Below the pieces are notes generated by a model. That model saw nothing but the letters and a program-made list of their open reading frames with translations. It was not told the origin of the DNA and ran no database searches. 64,000 nt of DNA from the NCBI GenBank assembly GCA_964016885.1, contig OZ024760.1:3658001-3722000 (forward strand), in the 5' to 3' direction. Position numbers and translations under genes: made by a program. This DNA comes from Eledone cirrhosa. Taxonomy: Eukaryota. Positions 1 to 13,820 of the stretch are shown here, piece after piece (the stretch's first letter is position 1; the number at the start of each line of letters is the position of its first letter).

Positions 1-392
1 TATAGAGTATATCTCAAACTGGTAGTGGCTGCAAGTATCTCTGACAATCCCGGTTGGTTGAACTCTCGTGTCTATAGAGTGTATCTCAAACTGGTAGTGG
101 CTGCAGGTATCTCTGACAATCCCGTTGGTTGAACTCTCGTGTCTATAGAGTATATCTCAAACCTGTAATGGCTGCAGGTATCTCTGACAATCCCGTTGGT
201 TGAACTCTCGTGTCTATAGAGTATATCTCAAACCTGTAATGGCTGCAGGTATCTCTGACAATCCCGGTTGGTTGAACTCTCGTATCTAGAGTGTTTATCT
301 CAAACTGTAGTGGCTGCAGGTATCTCTGACAATCCCGTTGGTTGAACTCGCGTGTCTATAGAGTGTATCTCAAACCGGTAATGGTTGCAGGT
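1..392. repeat. Tandem minisatellite, ~72-bp unit, ~5.4 copies (runs off window start)
   Basis: Unit TATAGAGTRTATCTCAAACTGGTAGTGGCTGCAGGTATCTCTGACAATCCCGGTTGGTTGAACTCTCGTGTC restarts at 1, 73, ~144, ~215 and so on. Confidence 0.9.
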
Positions 393-639
393 AGCACTGA
401 TAGCTCAGTGAATTCTGGAAAAAAGCCAAAGTCCCTGGACCAAAGGTTCTTCGGAAAACACCAGCTGATTCTTATCGATACTCAGTGTTTCTCCGAGAAC
501 GTCATCGCCCCCCCCCTCCTCCCCCACAGCTCCATAGGAAGGCGCTGAGGGATAACATGTTTGACAAACAGTGACCACACCTGTTCAACATTCCAAGTGT
601 CAGGAGCCCAGTTTGGTCTTTGTTTTACTCCACATCAAA

Positions 640-790
640 ACGGCAAATTGGTAGAGTCGTTAGAATGTTTTGCAGTATTCGTTCTGGTTCTCTCTGCTCT
701 GAGTTCCAGCCCTGCCGAGGGCAACTTTGCTTTTCCTCCTTTCAAAGTCGATAAAAAAACTGTACTGGCCCTGTGATGGGGTCGATTCTT
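640..790 (+). mobile_element. Degenerate tRNA-derived SINE (major SINE family of this window)
   Basis: GAGTTCCAGCCCTGCCGAGGGCAACTTTGCTTTTCCTCCTTT...GTCGATAAAA matches the copy at 39609-39665. Confidence 0.7.
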
Positions 791-1454
791 TTTCTACATT
801 TCTTTCTCTCTTACTTTCTATCGCTCTCTCCTTCTGTGTTCGGCCCCGAAGAAAGACACGCTATGTGTCACTCTAGCGCCCTCTACAACTCCATCAGGAG
901 TTAGGGTTAGGGTTGAAAATCTGCTAAAGAGTGGGGCCGATGAAAAACATACTTGACAAACGATGGCGACCACAGCTGTTCACCGCCCAGGAATCTCTGC
1001 AGATGCCGCAACCTCAGTGCATTACTTACACATCAGTCACGACATATAGATGCATTCGTGCAATGGGTATTGACAGCAGAAGGAGTCCCTGACCAGTAGA
1101 ACAACGTATCCTTTCCACAAAAAACAGAAGAGTTTATGGTAATATACGACAGGGGTGATGTACGCTTTCAGCACCTCTGCTCAGCCTGTAATAGTTCTGG
1201 GTAACACAAGCAGCCCCGCTCGTAATCTCATCCCAGTCCACTTGAAGGTTTCAACTGACCAACATGAAATCGCCCCAAGAAACTTCATCAGACCATCGGT
1301 CTGTCGACCCCTAACGCTAAATTATATAACAAAAGTAATAACTAAAACGGAACAGATGTGTGTGTGTGATGTTGTCATGTGTATCTGTTTAGTAGGTGTG
1401 TGGTTGGTAGTTTGTGTGTACGTGGGTATGTATTATCAATAGTTTGTGTGTATA

Positions 1455-1752
1455 TATTTGTGTGTATGTGTCTGGTCGGTAGTGTGTGTGTGTGTATGTG
1501 TCTGGTTGGTAGTTTGTAGGTGTGTCTGTGTGTGTATGTGTATGTGTCTGGTCGTAGTTTGTAGATTTGTGTATGTCGGGGGTATATGTGTGTGTATGTG
1601 TGTATGTGAGTCTGGTCGGTAGTTTGTAGGTGTGTGTGTATGTGAGTCTGGTCGGTAGTTTGTAGGTGTGTGTGTATGTGAGTCTGGTCGGTAGTTTGTA
1701 GGTGTGTGTGTATGTGAGTCTGGTCGGTAGTTTGTAGGTATGTGTGTATGTG
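1455..1752. repeat. GT-rich minisatellite, ~36-bp unit
   Basis: Repeated GTGTATGTGAGTCTGGTCGGTAGTTTGTAGGTGT; explains the HTHLQTTDQT repeat ORFs. Confidence 0.85.
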
Positions 1753-2137
1753 TGAAAAAGCCGTGTCAATTGGTTGAAACGTTAGAGTGTAAAATAGAAT
1801 GCGTAGTTGTATTATATTCGGTTCTGTGTATATCCCAGCTAGGTGAACATTGCATCCCATTCTTTCGGGGTCGATAAATAAAGTACCATCCCAACATTGA
1901 GGCTGGTTCGAAGGTCCAATCCTTATACAGTGTCATCATGATTCCGTTTGAGAATTATGTAATGTGTATATATGACTGTGGAATATTCAGCCACTTGTAA
2001 CTCTGTTAGTTGAACTGAGGGTTCATCGTTGAGTCCGACGGAGGATCCGCCACAAATGTATCTTGTATTTACACACACAGATACATACATACATATACAT
2101 ATATACATATATATATATACATACACAAATACACACA

Positions 2138-2222
2138 CAGGGTATCCTCAAAAAATGTATACACACTTTGATTACCCGAACAGGCAATATTTATCAGAAT
2201 GCACCACCTTTGGGACACCCTG
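2138..2222. mobile_element. Tc1/mariner-type MITE remnant
   Basis: Terminal inverted repeats CAGGGTATCCTCAAA / TTTGGGACACCCTG, typical CAGGGTG mariner-like ends, in a TA/CA context. Confidence 0.6.
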
Positions 2223-2292
2223 TGTATATATAATAGTTGATTCAGTGAATTACTGGTGGTAACAATATAACTACTATCTATATACAGAGACA

Positions 2293-2338
<46 letters not shown>

Positions 2339-2485
2339 CGGGTTTGTGTACAGTTTCCATCTACCGAGTTACACTCGTGAAAGCATTCAGCAATGTGTGA
2401 TATATTTGCGTAGTGCAGGTGCCTATGTATATATAATGTATGGGCATTTGTATGTATAGGTATGTATATACGAGTGTATATGTAT

Positions 2486-2540
<55 letters not shown>

Positions 2541-2728
2541 AATACATACATATATATACTTACATACATATATATATATGTATATGTATGTATTTATATA
2601 TATGTGTATGTGTATATGTATATATCAGTGTGTGTGTGTGTGTATATATATATATAATATTTACATATATACACACATATACACATACATATATATAAAT
2701 ACATACACATATACACATATATATACAT

Positions 2729-2775
<47 letters not shown>

Positions 2776-3315
2776 TACATAAAGACATACGTGTGTGTGA
2801 GCGCGTAATTCGAACGAGAAGTCATGATACTGTCTGTTGTAGGTGAGGTACCAGGTATGAACTATTGTTGTTCCGGCGTCACATCAGTAGCCACGTGATA
2901 TTGGGGTAGTTTGTTGTTTACCGGGGTGACTGGATCTCCCGAGACCAAGCTGCTGATTGTGATTGGGGTAGTTTAAGATGGGCGTGGCTAATATAGTTAA
3001 ACTGACTACTGATTATCGGGGTGGATCGCCATGTTGCTGTTTTTGGGTGGCTGACTGCTGATCATTGACAGTTGCTGCTGCTAATAAGGGTGGGTTATGT
3101 GTGGTGGCGATGGTGATGGCAGGAGGAGGAGTGACTGGAAATGGGCGTGGCTTCCAGTGTGAGTGATTGCAGTTGAAAGTAGCTTGCTGACAGGGGTGGC
3201 TGTTAATACAGCTGGTTGCTGATAGGGGTAGATGTTGATAATAGGCGTGGCTTGCGATAGATTTGATGATAGAAGTGGGTGTAAATATCGGTAGTTGTTG
3301 ATTGCCAAAATAACT

Positions 3316-3423
3316 GTTTCTACTTTAGGCACAAGGCCAGCAAATACCCAGTTCATTACTGGTACTTTATTTTATCGACCCCGTAAGGATGAAAGGCAAA
3401 GTCAACCTCGGCGGGATTTGAAC
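3316..3423 (-). mobile_element. 5'-truncated tRNA-derived SINE with 13-bp target-site duplication
   Basis: B-box GTTCAAATCC on minus strand; TSD TGCCAAAATAACT at 3303-3315 and 3424-3436. Confidence 0.9.
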
Positions 3424-3502
3424 TGCCAAAATAACTATTTGTAATGAGTTGGAGTCAGTGATCGCGGTATTGTAGGAGTGGTTTGTGATAACATTGATGG
3501 TG

Positions 3503-3537
<35 letters not shown>

Positions 3538-4274
3538 TTTTGTTGTTGTTTAGCCTCAATTCAACTCTGATCTAACCGACCTACCAATCATCAACGGCGT
3601 TCCCCACGTGATCATCCCATCTTTTGTGTATACTACTACGTTCTTTAACGTGGCTTTCCTTTTTTTTTAAGACAGCACGGTGTGATCTGAGGGTGAATTT
3701 AGCTGCTGTTTCTAGCAGGCCTAGCGACTGCGTAGATAGATGTTCCTCACGTTGTTGGTGATTGCTCTTATTTACAGTTAGGGGTAAAGGAACGGCTTGG
3801 GTAATATAGGGATGGTTGTTGTTGTTTAGCCCTAGGTCACTGCTAACCGAGTAGAACTATGCTCAAAGGTTTCCGGCCGTGACCATCCCTTCATTTTGTA
3901 TATTATATACTACATTACTTAGTGTAGCTTTAGTATACTTTTAAAACAGTAGGGTGTGATTGAAAGTGTATTTGTCTGCTATTTCTAGCAAGTATAGTGA
4001 CCGGATAGAGGCTCCTCGGATATTAGTTGATAAAGAAGGAAAATTACTTTTATGAAAAGGAGTAGTTGGTGTAGAAATGGACAACAGCTGGGCAGTGGTC
4101 AGTTCCTACCCTGGCACCGACACTGCCATCTTGCTGTTATTTAACCCCTGGTTAAACAAACTTAATCCGGCAGATATTCGATCAATGGCATTCCAGTGGA
4201 GGCCATCTCGTACGATAGAAATATTTTGGGCTACATTATCTAATTTATATTTTTCTTTTTTCTTTTGGTTTTAA

Positions 4275-4458
4275 AATAATTGTTTCTATTTTAGGCACAA
4301 GGCCAGCAATAATTCAGTACATTACTGGTACTTTATTTTATCGACCCCGTAAGGATGAAAGGCAAAGTTAACCTCGGCGGGATTTGAACTCAGAATGGCA
4401 AGGGCCGTAACTCTATACGTCAAAGCATGGCGTCCGACCCTCACCCAATACTGCCAGA
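4275..4458 (-). mobile_element. tRNA-derived SINE
   Basis: Same family core (AGGCACAAGGCCAGCAA...TACTTTATTTTATCGACCCCGTAAGGATGAAAGGCAAAG...GGATTTGAACTC). Confidence 0.88.
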
Positions 4459-4689
4459 GGTGTAATATGAGAAATATTTAGTTGTTGTTTATAGTATGAT
4501 AGGTTGAGCAACCATGTAGAGTTCTCTTTTGTTTTGTTGACCAGCCTGCAGCGTGTTGTATCACAGTCCATATAGCTGCTGTATGTAGTTTAGCGATCTG
4601 TTCTACAGAAACTGAGCTAAAGCTGCTCGGAAAAGAACCTAGTGATAACAATATCCCCGATGTAAAACTATTGTATGTTGTATGTAGCT

Positions 4690-5045
4690 TAACAACCTGT
4701 TAAACAAAACACCATTAAGTTGGTTTATAGCTGTTGAAAAGAAGAATATACCTTGTGTTAACAAAATGTAAAAATATTGCAGTCCAGGGGAAAGCGAACG
4801 AAGCTGACATCTACTGAAACATAAAGCTTTTCTACTAGTTTATAGAAAAGTATTGGATGCCAGTAGTAATGTCTCCCTTATCTGTACACCAACACGACAG
4901 AAATCTTTTAAGTATTTTCTCTACGAACGCTGCAGTTCGTTCTATCATCGCCACCTGGAAAATACGACAGTACTTTCAAAGCATATGTGGAAGTTGGGAG
5001 ACAAAAGAAAAGGCACCAACATCTCTTCGGTTTTGTTAAGGAAGA
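4690..5045 (+). pseudogene. Highly decayed PLE thumb/GIY-YIG fragment
   Basis: Remnant peptides TIKLVYSC and SFYHRHLENTTVLSKHMWKL resemble TVKFSYS and SFKNAALANTTSLAEII of the 50.3-52.1 kb PLE. Confidence 0.45.
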
Positions 5046-5631
5046 GGGGAGGCAGTTTCCATGGCTTTTGAAACTGGTGGGAGGAAGGGTGACAGGAGTT
5101 TCTCCCCAAACTGGAGCCTAACTTGAATGCTTGCAACAGAGTCGACTCTGCTAGAGGCACCCAAAAGCCACGCGGAACAAATACCACAAGGCATACCGTC
5201 TGATACCTTAAGTCCACCAGTCTACAGCTGTAGAATAGTATCTTATCCGTAGACCCTGGAAGGATGAAATGTAAGGAGCCGAAATGTGATCCTACAGAAA
5301 ATAATTCTATAGAGAATACTCCCGGAAGCATGTCTAAGGAGTGACGAATTTGTGTGATATTTTTCAACCTAAACTTCCACTAAACAACAACAAAAAAGGG
5401 ATTCACGAAAGTTTCGATCTTAGTAAACCTCATCGGCTTGACATAGTAACCTCAGTTGGCTAGACTTAGAATGAATATGAGAGCCTCTATCTATGTCAGT
5501 TTGGAATTACACACCGGTGAAATAGAACTCAATACGAAATAGTGTATTTATTATATTTTTTATTTTTCTTATTTCCTTCCCTAACTTTCCCTTACTGCTC
5601 TTTCATGTATCTGTTCTCCACGTATCCGAAC

Positions 5632-5667
5632 TTTCATGAAGAAAGACTTCTGTCCGAAACGTCGAAA
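5632..5667 (+). ncRNA. Degenerate minimal type I hammerhead (family A)
   Basis: tttc-ATGAAGA-aagac ttct gtcc-GAAA-cg-TC-gaaa; same downstream tail (AAGCGTTAACCTAATA) as 12631 copy; core C3 mutated. Confidence 0.6.
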
Positions 5668-5761
5668 ACTTCTCCTCTTCCACTAAGCGTTAACCTAATA
5701 TAACTGTGTACAATTGCCTCCTGTGTTTTGTTCGTTTATTTTCAACTACACACGCGCACAC

Positions 5762-5866
<105 letters not shown>

Positions 5867-5931
5867 TATGTAATAGAAGTACTCAGTTCACCAAATAGAG
5901 AGGGTACACATTCTATTTCATATAGAAAAGT

Positions 5932-5979
5932 CTTTTACAGGAGTAGTACTGTTTCATTCAGTTGAAATCACCAGGAAAG
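5932..5979 (-). ncRNA. Hammerhead-like motif (family C), core variant CTGGTGA
   Basis: Minus strand: CTGGTGA-tttc aact gaat-GAAA-cag tactactc ctg-TA; homologous to 7834, 36278 and 40567. Confidence 0.55.
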
Positions 5980-6378
5980 TTATATATAATCAGTGCTCTA
6001 GCATGACCACAGTCTAATAATTTACACCAGATATTGTTATCTCCATGCGCTGACCATATTCTTCGAAGTCTCAGAATTACATACGAACACACAAACACAG
6101 AGAGAGAGAACAAAGCCAGCAACTCGAAACACACACACATACACACATTGATGCAAGCAAGCGCACCGGTGTGACCTAGTTTCATCGTTACCACGTGTAG
6201 ATATGGCAACAACATCGTAATTTCTGCAGCTTACTGCTGTCATTGCTGCTGCTGCTGTCACCGCTCACTGCTTCTGGTGTTACTGCTGCTGCCGCCTCTT
6301 CTGCTGATAATCAGCATCATATAACCTCCACCATCGCCACCACTACCAACAACAACAACTATAACAACAATGTTACTA

Positions 6379-6580
6379 CACTGAAATTCCGTTATAACCA
6401 AATACACTGAAATTCCGTTATAACCAAATTCACTGGGTATAAAAGAAAATTTGTTGTAACGAAAAATTCTTTATAACCAGATCGACCTAGCACATCGAAC
6501 GTGTGGCCTCGGATTGAAAAAAATTTCGTTATACTGAAAAATTCGTTATAATGGTATTCGTTATAACGGAATTTTACCTG
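6379..6580. mobile_element. Tigger/pogo-like MITE with duplicated left TIR
   Basis: TA-CACTGAAATTCCGTTATAAC (twice) ... GTTATAACGGAATTTTACCTG-TA; TA target duplication and internal CGTTATAAC subterminal motifs. Confidence 0.75.
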
Positions 6581-7698
6581 TATTACAACAGCGGTAACAA
6601 CAACAACAGCAATATTATAAGCAGAAGTAACAACTACTGTAATGTAATTCTAGACATTTGGATAAATGGAATTATGTTTTAGCATTATTATATTTTTTTT
6701 ACTCGTTCAACATTATCGTGACACGTGTATGGACGTGTGTGTGTGTGGTGGTGGTGGTTGGGGGGGGGGGGTGAATGTGTGTGCGTGTGTGTAAACGTGA
6801 GTGCGTGTGTATGAACGTGTGTGTGTGTATGAACGTGTGTGTAAACATGTGTGTGTGAACGTGAGTGTGTGTGTGAACATGAACGTGAGTGCGTGCGTTT
6901 CGTTTTCGAACCTAAATGGCGAGAGTCTATATAAACTTTTGTTAGGTGTGGTAGGTAGGAGGAGAGTGATTGGGGACACGAGTGTATCGAACGAAGGCAC
7001 TTATTGAACTTACTTTAATTGAATATTCAAATAACTTAAGTTACATTTCATGTCTACAGCAGCTCTATGATTAAAATAACATGAGACATATACATACACA
7101 CACTCAATGTCTCACACTCCCGAACGCCAAGACTATGTGTATACACATACATACATGATGGCTGCAACTCGATTGCGAGTAATGCCATCGCTTGATACAT
7201 GAGCATCACAAACGTGGCTTTTTAGTCCTGCTAGAGACTGGCCTATGGCCAGCCAAGCTATCCATCTAAAAAAAAATGTCACATATCAAGCGATGCCCCT
7301 GCTTGAAGCTTTTTTAAAGCGAGGTAAGGCTTTGCACGGGGCCAATCCCACTCTCTGAACATCGAATGCATTCACCCAAAAAGAAGAACTGGACTACATC
7401 ATTGGATGCAAAAGAAATCGCAGGTTTTATATCAGAGTGATCTTCTCTTAGAGAGATGTCTTAATGAAGACTAGGAGCCTTTCGTTAAAAAGAGAAAAAA
7501 AAAAAAAAAATTTATTGGATGGCCATTGACTCTGTTGAGTTCCGCCGAATTTGTCGGGTTTTGTTTTTCATCCAGCAGGATGTCCAAAATCACCCTTACC
7601 AAGCAAGTTTGGTGGGGTTGCCGGTTTAGTCGCCGGCGAACCGACCATGCACATGATGTACTGGGTTACATATTACCAATACCGTTGAAGAGCGACCT

Positions 7699-7749
<51 letters not shown>

Positions 7750-7833
7750 GAATGGTTTTCCGAAATGTAACGAAAGGGTACCATAATTACATAAGGTACA
7801 ATAGATGCTACATATTTATTTCAAATAGAAATT

Positions 7834-7880
7834 ACTTTTACAAGACTATAACTGTTTCATTCGTTTGAAATCACCAGATT
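7834..7880 (-). ncRNA. Hammerhead-like motif (family C), degenerate
   Basis: Minus strand: CTGGTGA-tttc aaac gaat-GAAA-cagttatagtcttg-TA. Confidence 0.5.
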
Positions 7881-8881
7881 ATATGTACCATATAATAAGC
7901 TGAGCTTATGTATCTCTACAGAATTTCTATATACTCAAAATATTCTCTGTAAATGACGCACTTTGTTCCATTCTTCTCTGGACATAGCTACATAAATGTG
8001 ACTACGATAGAAGCATTAATCGCTCTTTAGATAGATACTGACCACCGATAGTGTTTGGCTTTGGGCTTTGTGGCTTTGGAAGACGAATTTGGTTAGTTTG
8101 ACAGGAAATTGACACCGTGAATGATATGTTGCTGACATATGTCTTCTTTGGATAAATATATACATATATGTCCTTTAATGGGCGCCAAAATCAATAACAA
8201 CGTAAATAACGGGGAAAGAGAGAAAGTGGAGAGATAGCAAATGGGGAAATAGATAGATAGAAGGTTGAAAGACTCCTGCAACTCATTTCTGTAACTATAC
8301 ACATTTATATCTGGTTATGCCTCTCTGTTTCTCTAACTTAGACCGTCATAGTTGTTTTGCGTTTTCCCCCTCCATCATGCCCGTTTCTTTTATTCTCCCA
8401 CACTATCTTGTTCTCTGAATTCCTCTGTCACAATTTTTTTCTTTCCCCACTCACTTCTCTTTTCCCTTTACTCAATCTATGCGGCTGCGTTTTATAGGCC
8501 TTTTCGACAACGCTTTTAAGCTAAAAATCACACGCACAGATGTAACACAAATATATATAAAGGATACACACACAGAGATATATATGTGTGTGTGTGTGAG
8601 ACATATACACCATAACCACACAACCCTATATGCTATCGGCAGTCACCCCTTCCTTTCTACTCATCATCCTATCAAATCTTCCCACACCTGCCATATATCC
8701 ATAATATCATAGTTATCTTCACCTAGCCCCTGCAGAGCAGAGAGGGCTCTTCAGTTGGAACAATAACCGTCAACTGCTAGCGTTGGTGCCACGAAAATAC
8801 ACCCAGTACACCTTGTAAGGTGTTCGGTGACAGGAAGGGCACGCCGCTGTAGAAACCATGCCAAAAAGGATACGATAATCT

Positions 8882-10100
8882 CTCTAGTGCCACTGTGAAG
8901 TGGTTGGTGATAAGAACATACAGCCGTTGAAACCAACGTCTCTAGTGCACACTGCGAAGTGGTTGGTGATAAGAACATACAGCCGTTGAAACCAACGTCT
9001 CTAGTGCACACTGCGAAGTGGTTGGTGATAAGAAGAACATACAACCGTTGAAAACAACGTCTCTAGTGCACACTGCGAAGTGGTTGGTGATAAGAAGAAC
9101 ATACAGCCGTTGAAAACAACGTCTCTAGTGCACACTGCGAAGTGGTTGGTGATAAGAAGAACATACAACCGTTGAAAACAACGTCTCTAGTGCACACTGC
9201 GAAGTGGTTGGTGATAAGAAGAACATACAACCGTTGAAAACAACGTCTCTAGTGCACACTGCGAAGTGGTTGGTGATAAGAAGAACATACAGCCGTTGAA
9301 AACAACGTCTCTAGTGCACACTGCGAAGTGGTTGGTGATAAGAAGAACATACAACCGTTGAAAACAACGTCTCTAGTGCACACTGCGAAGTGGTTGGTGA
9401 TAAGAAGAACATACAACCGTTGAAAACAACGTCTCTAGTGCACACTGCGAAGTGGTTGGTGATAAGAAGAACATACAGCCGTTGAAAACAACGTCTCTAG
9501 TGCACACTGCGAAGTGGTTGGTGATAAGAAGAACATACAACCGTTGAAAACAACGTCTCTAGTGCACACTGCGAAGTGGTTGGTGATAAGAAGAACATAC
9601 AACCGTTGAAAACAACGTCTCTAGTGCACACTGCGAAGTGGTTGGTGATAAGAAGAACATACAGCCGTTGAAAACAACGTCTCTAGTGCACACTGCGAAG
9701 TGGTTGGTGATAAGAAGAACATACAACCGTTGAAAACAACGTCTCTAGTGCACACTGCGAAGTGGTTGGTGATAAGAAGAACATACAGCCGTTGAAAACA
9801 ACGTCTCTAGTGCACACTGCGAAGTGGTTGGTGATAAGAAGAACATATAGCCGTTGAAAACAACGTCTCTAGTGCACACTGCGAAGTGGTTGGTGATAAG
9901 AAGAACATACAGCCGTTGAAAACAACGTCTCTAGTGCACACTGCGAAGTGGTTGGTGATAAGAAGAACATACAGCCGTTGAAAACAACGTCTCTAGTGCA
10001 CACTGCGAAGTGGTTGGTGATAAGAAGAACATACAACCGTTGAAAACAACGTCTCTAGTGCACACTGCGAAGTGGTTGGTGATAGGAATGGCATACAGCC
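8882..10100. repeat. 62-bp tandem satellite, ~20 near-identical copies, embedded in and derived from a SINE-like segment
   Basis: Unit CTCTAGTGCACACTGCGAAGTGGTTGGTGATAAGAAGAACATACARCCGTTGAAAACAACGT (starts at 9061, 9123, 9185...); flanks at 8790-8870 and 10080-10120 are diverged versions of the same motif. Confidence 0.95.
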
Positions 10101-10459
10101 ACAGAAAGCTTGCCAAACATGTAAGCATTTCAACTAGGTTTCCAGTTTGAGGATAGCTTTCTGCCAATCCACCCTCTCACTAGTATCGGTGACTTCTGGG
10201 AATAGTGATGGGCACTGTCTTTCCCTCTTTGACTAATCGAGGAAATATGTACTGGAGTCGTTATGGGTGACTAAAACCCCCTGAAGCTGGAGTCCTTCGT
10301 GCCACTGCAGTCCTGTGGATGATATTCAGTAAAAGAATGTGTTTATGTCAATATACAGAGAGTGGTTATTGTATGTATGGCTGTGTCTGTATATGTGTGG
10401 ATGTTTCATATGTATTTGTTTTTGTGTGTGTGAGGGGTAAGGGGTAACATCTGTATATG

Positions 10460-11125
10460 AATGGTGGTGGTGGTGGTGGTGGTGGTGGTAGTGGTGATGA
10501 TGATGAAAGTGGTTGTGTGGTAGTAGATTAATGATGGTGCTGACTCGTAACAGTAGTAGTGGTGGTAGTAATAGCGAAAGTAGGGGCGCGGTAGATTAAT
10601 AATAATGGTGTTGGTACTGATGGTGTTGTTGTTGTTGGTGGTGGTGGTGGTAGTAGTCATGATGCTGGTAGTGATGGTGGTGGTCTTAGCAGTCACAATG
10701 CTGGTAGTGGTGGTGGTAGTGTTAATAGACATGATGCTGGTAGTGGTGGTGTGAATAAAAGTGGTAGTAGTGGTAGTGGTCGTATTGGTAGAGGTGAAGG
10801 TGCTAGTGGTAGCGAAACTAACTGGTATGGTACATTAATTGTGATGGTCTTAGTTGTAAACATAGTGGTGTTGTAGATTAATGGTGATGATAGTGGTGGT
10901 GGTGGTGGTGGTGGTGGTGGGAGGTGTGATTGCGATGGTAGCAGTGGTGGTGGTGGGAGGTGTGATTACGATGGTAGCAGTGATAGTGGTGGTGATGGTG
11001 GGAGGTGTGATTGCGATGGTAACAGTGGTGGTGGTGGTGGTGGGAGGTGTGATTGCGATGGTAACAGTGGTGGTGGTGGTGGTGGGAGGTGTGATGGTGA
11101 TGGTAGCAGTAGCAATGGTTGAAGT
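10460..11125. repeat. (GTG/GTA)n low-complexity tract with a ~33-bp sub-repeat
   Basis: GGTGGTGGTAGT runs and GGAGGTGTGATTGCGATGGTAACAGT repeats. Confidence 0.85.
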
Positions 11126-11437
11126 AGATGCTGGTTGGTTGATGTATTAGTGAGCGAATTTACGTCGTCTCTTCCTTTTTTTGTTTTGTCTTGTTTATTT
11201 CTTTGTAATAGGTTTCCTTGGTTTAGACACGTTATCAACGTGGCTTTCAGTTGGACACGTAATGTGAATAACTTAGCGTAAAACACGTAAATTTGCACAA
11301 GTTTGATATGTTCAGTGGAAATTGCTGTCTAGGTAGGGGCCTGCCGTGTTTGTTAGCAATAATGGGTGAGGAAACACGAGGAATTGCAGATCTGTCACAC
11401 CATAAACGGTCATTTTTTTCCCTATCCCTCTTCCCCA

Positions 11438-11562
<125 letters not shown>

Positions 11563-11564
11563 TA

Positions 11565-11608
11565 CAGGTGGAATTTTGAGCTAACCAATAGCGAAACGCG
11601 CGTCACTG
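11565..11608 (+). ncRNA. Hammerhead-like motif with non-canonical 5' core (family F)
   Basis: ggt-GGAATTTTGA-gcta accaa tagc-GAAA-cgcgcg-TC-act; homolog at 37866-37909. Confidence 0.45.
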
Positions 11609-11664
11609 CTCAATAAACGCAACGAAGACATAACAAATCGTCCTTTTTATTAGTAATAAATGAA

Positions 11665-11708
<44 letters not shown>

Positions 11709-11790
11709 TACTACTACACTCTGCTTATTTACTGGAAACTATGCATCGAGTACTCACTCTGATGAACCTACAGTAACTGGACGTTACATT

Positions 11791-11861
<71 letters not shown>

Positions 11862-12630
11862 AAATGGCTGCCTGGATACACGTGGTTTTTCTCATTTTGT
11901 TTTGCTTTCGTTCCTTCCTCTTCTCACTCTCTATTTCATCTTTTATTTCTCATTCTATCATTTGATGAAACGTAAAGACTTTTTTCCTACTAAATCAAGC
12001 GTTAAACTAATATATTTCTTCATTATACTTTCTTTTCCGTTTTGCGTATATATATATATATTAACGTGTCTGTGTGTAGTTTAATCTATTTCGGTATAAC
12101 CACCGTTTTCACGATGTAAAAACGTCTATTTCTTCAGATGCGTGGAATTAAATATATCAAACAGTATGAGGTGTTTCTATATGGAAGGATAAACGTCCAC
12201 GATATTGAACTGGGTATCTGTCAGCTGCTTTATTATCGATGGTGTGAAATCAGTCAGTGACAGGGTTATTGGACTTCTATTTGACTAAACCAGTCCTCCT
12301 CCCGATTTCGGTGTTGGTGCCGTCGAGAACACACTCACTCATTCTACCTATTTCATTCTTAGTGGAGTTAATCAGACTGCAATTAGGTTTGGAAACAAAG
12401 TAGTTTGATATGTGGTCCTTAAGCGTGATGTAGCCGAGATGAGGGGCCGGTGTCGAGGCAGTTTACTTGGTTTTCTATCTTCAGTCTTTATATTACAACT
12501 ATTTGACGACGACGCATACTGGGTAAAGAGAGAAGTGGATTCGGTGCTCGACGTGTTATTTTTCTCTAAAAACATTTTTTTTCCGATTTCGCCCCGCTCG
12601 TCCCTTCAATTATTCTAATTTTTCATTCTT

Positions 12631-12666
12631 TCTTCTGATGAAGGACTGGCGTCCGAAACGTTAAGA
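12631..12666 (+). ncRNA. Minimal type I hammerhead ribozyme (family A), intact core
   Basis: tctt-CTGATGA-a-ggac tggc gtcc-GAAA-cg-TT-aaga; stems I and II pair perfectly; palindromic mini stem III as in PLE-associated HHRs. Confidence 0.8.
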
Positions 12667-12717
12667 CCCTTTTCCTGCTATTTCAAGCGTTAACCTAATA
12701 TATTCCTTCCATATACG

Positions 12718-12753
<36 letters not shown>

Positions 12754-13289
12754 ATATATATATATATATGCAGAGGTTATATTTAATTTGTTGGGATTCA
12801 ACAAGCTTAAACATTTTTATAACTGATATAGTTTCCATTTGTTAATATATTGTATATATATATATTAACGGGTGTGTATGTGTGTTACTAACTACCAACC
12901 ACACACCACAACCTGGTGCTAATATATGTACATTAGCCACTTGGACGGAAACCAGGTATTGAGGGCGATTTTATCCTGGCGAATGCAAAACGCCTAGCTG
13001 TTCGCCTCCTTCATCTGGTTTAAGGATAAGCTGAAGGACAATATGATGAGTTGTGGTATCCATATCGAATCATGGGACGGATAGGCTGCGGATTGTCAAG
13101 GATGGAGGTCGACTTGCTTCAGCCTGCTCGTAGAGTTTGAGGCCGACAGACGGGAGCATCGTAATCGGTTGCGTACCGACCTAAAGTTGCGTTTCAGGAG
13201 GAGGGATGGGTTCAAGAATCCACATAACGTGTAATGTTTTCTAGTCCCTCATCTGCCGTTCGCGGCGAGAGAGTCCATCATATTTGTGG

Positions 13290-13324
<35 letters not shown>

Positions 13325-13746
13325 CACACACACACATAAATATATATACGTATATATATATATACTTATATATATATATACGTATATATACGTATATATA
13401 TATATACGTGTATATATATATATATATACGTGTATATATATACATGTATATATATATACGTGTATATATATATATATACGTGTATATATATATATATGTG
13501 TATAGATATACGTGTATATATGTACGTGTATATATATACGTGTATATATATATATATACGTGTATATATATACGTGTATATATATACATGTATATATATA
13601 TACGTGTATATATATATATACGTGTATATATATACGTATATATATATACGTTTATATATATACGTATATATATATACGTTTATATATATACACATATATA
13701 CATATATATACACATATATATACATATATATACACATATATATACA

Positions 13747-13777
<31 letters not shown>

Positions 13778-13784
13778 CCAGAAT

Positions 13785-13820
13785 TAGCCGTCGAAACGGC
13801 TTGAGCTCAGCTGTCGGGGT
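13785..13820 (+). ncRNA. 3' half-hammerhead motif (family G)
   Basis: tagccgtc-GAAA-cggct tgagctc agctg-TC-ggggt immediately after a (TA)n array; 5 copies in window. Confidence 0.55.

Noticed and set aside
901-914. TTAGGGTTAGGGTT telomeric seed
   Set aside because: Only ~2.3 units; expected by chance.
8882-10100. CRISPR-like regular array
   Set aside because: Units are contiguous and near-identical with no unique spacers; eukaryotic context, no cas genes.
11715-11785. GAAA...TC...CTGATGA permuted hammerhead
   Set aside because: Stem III does not pair; may be a decayed tandem remnant.
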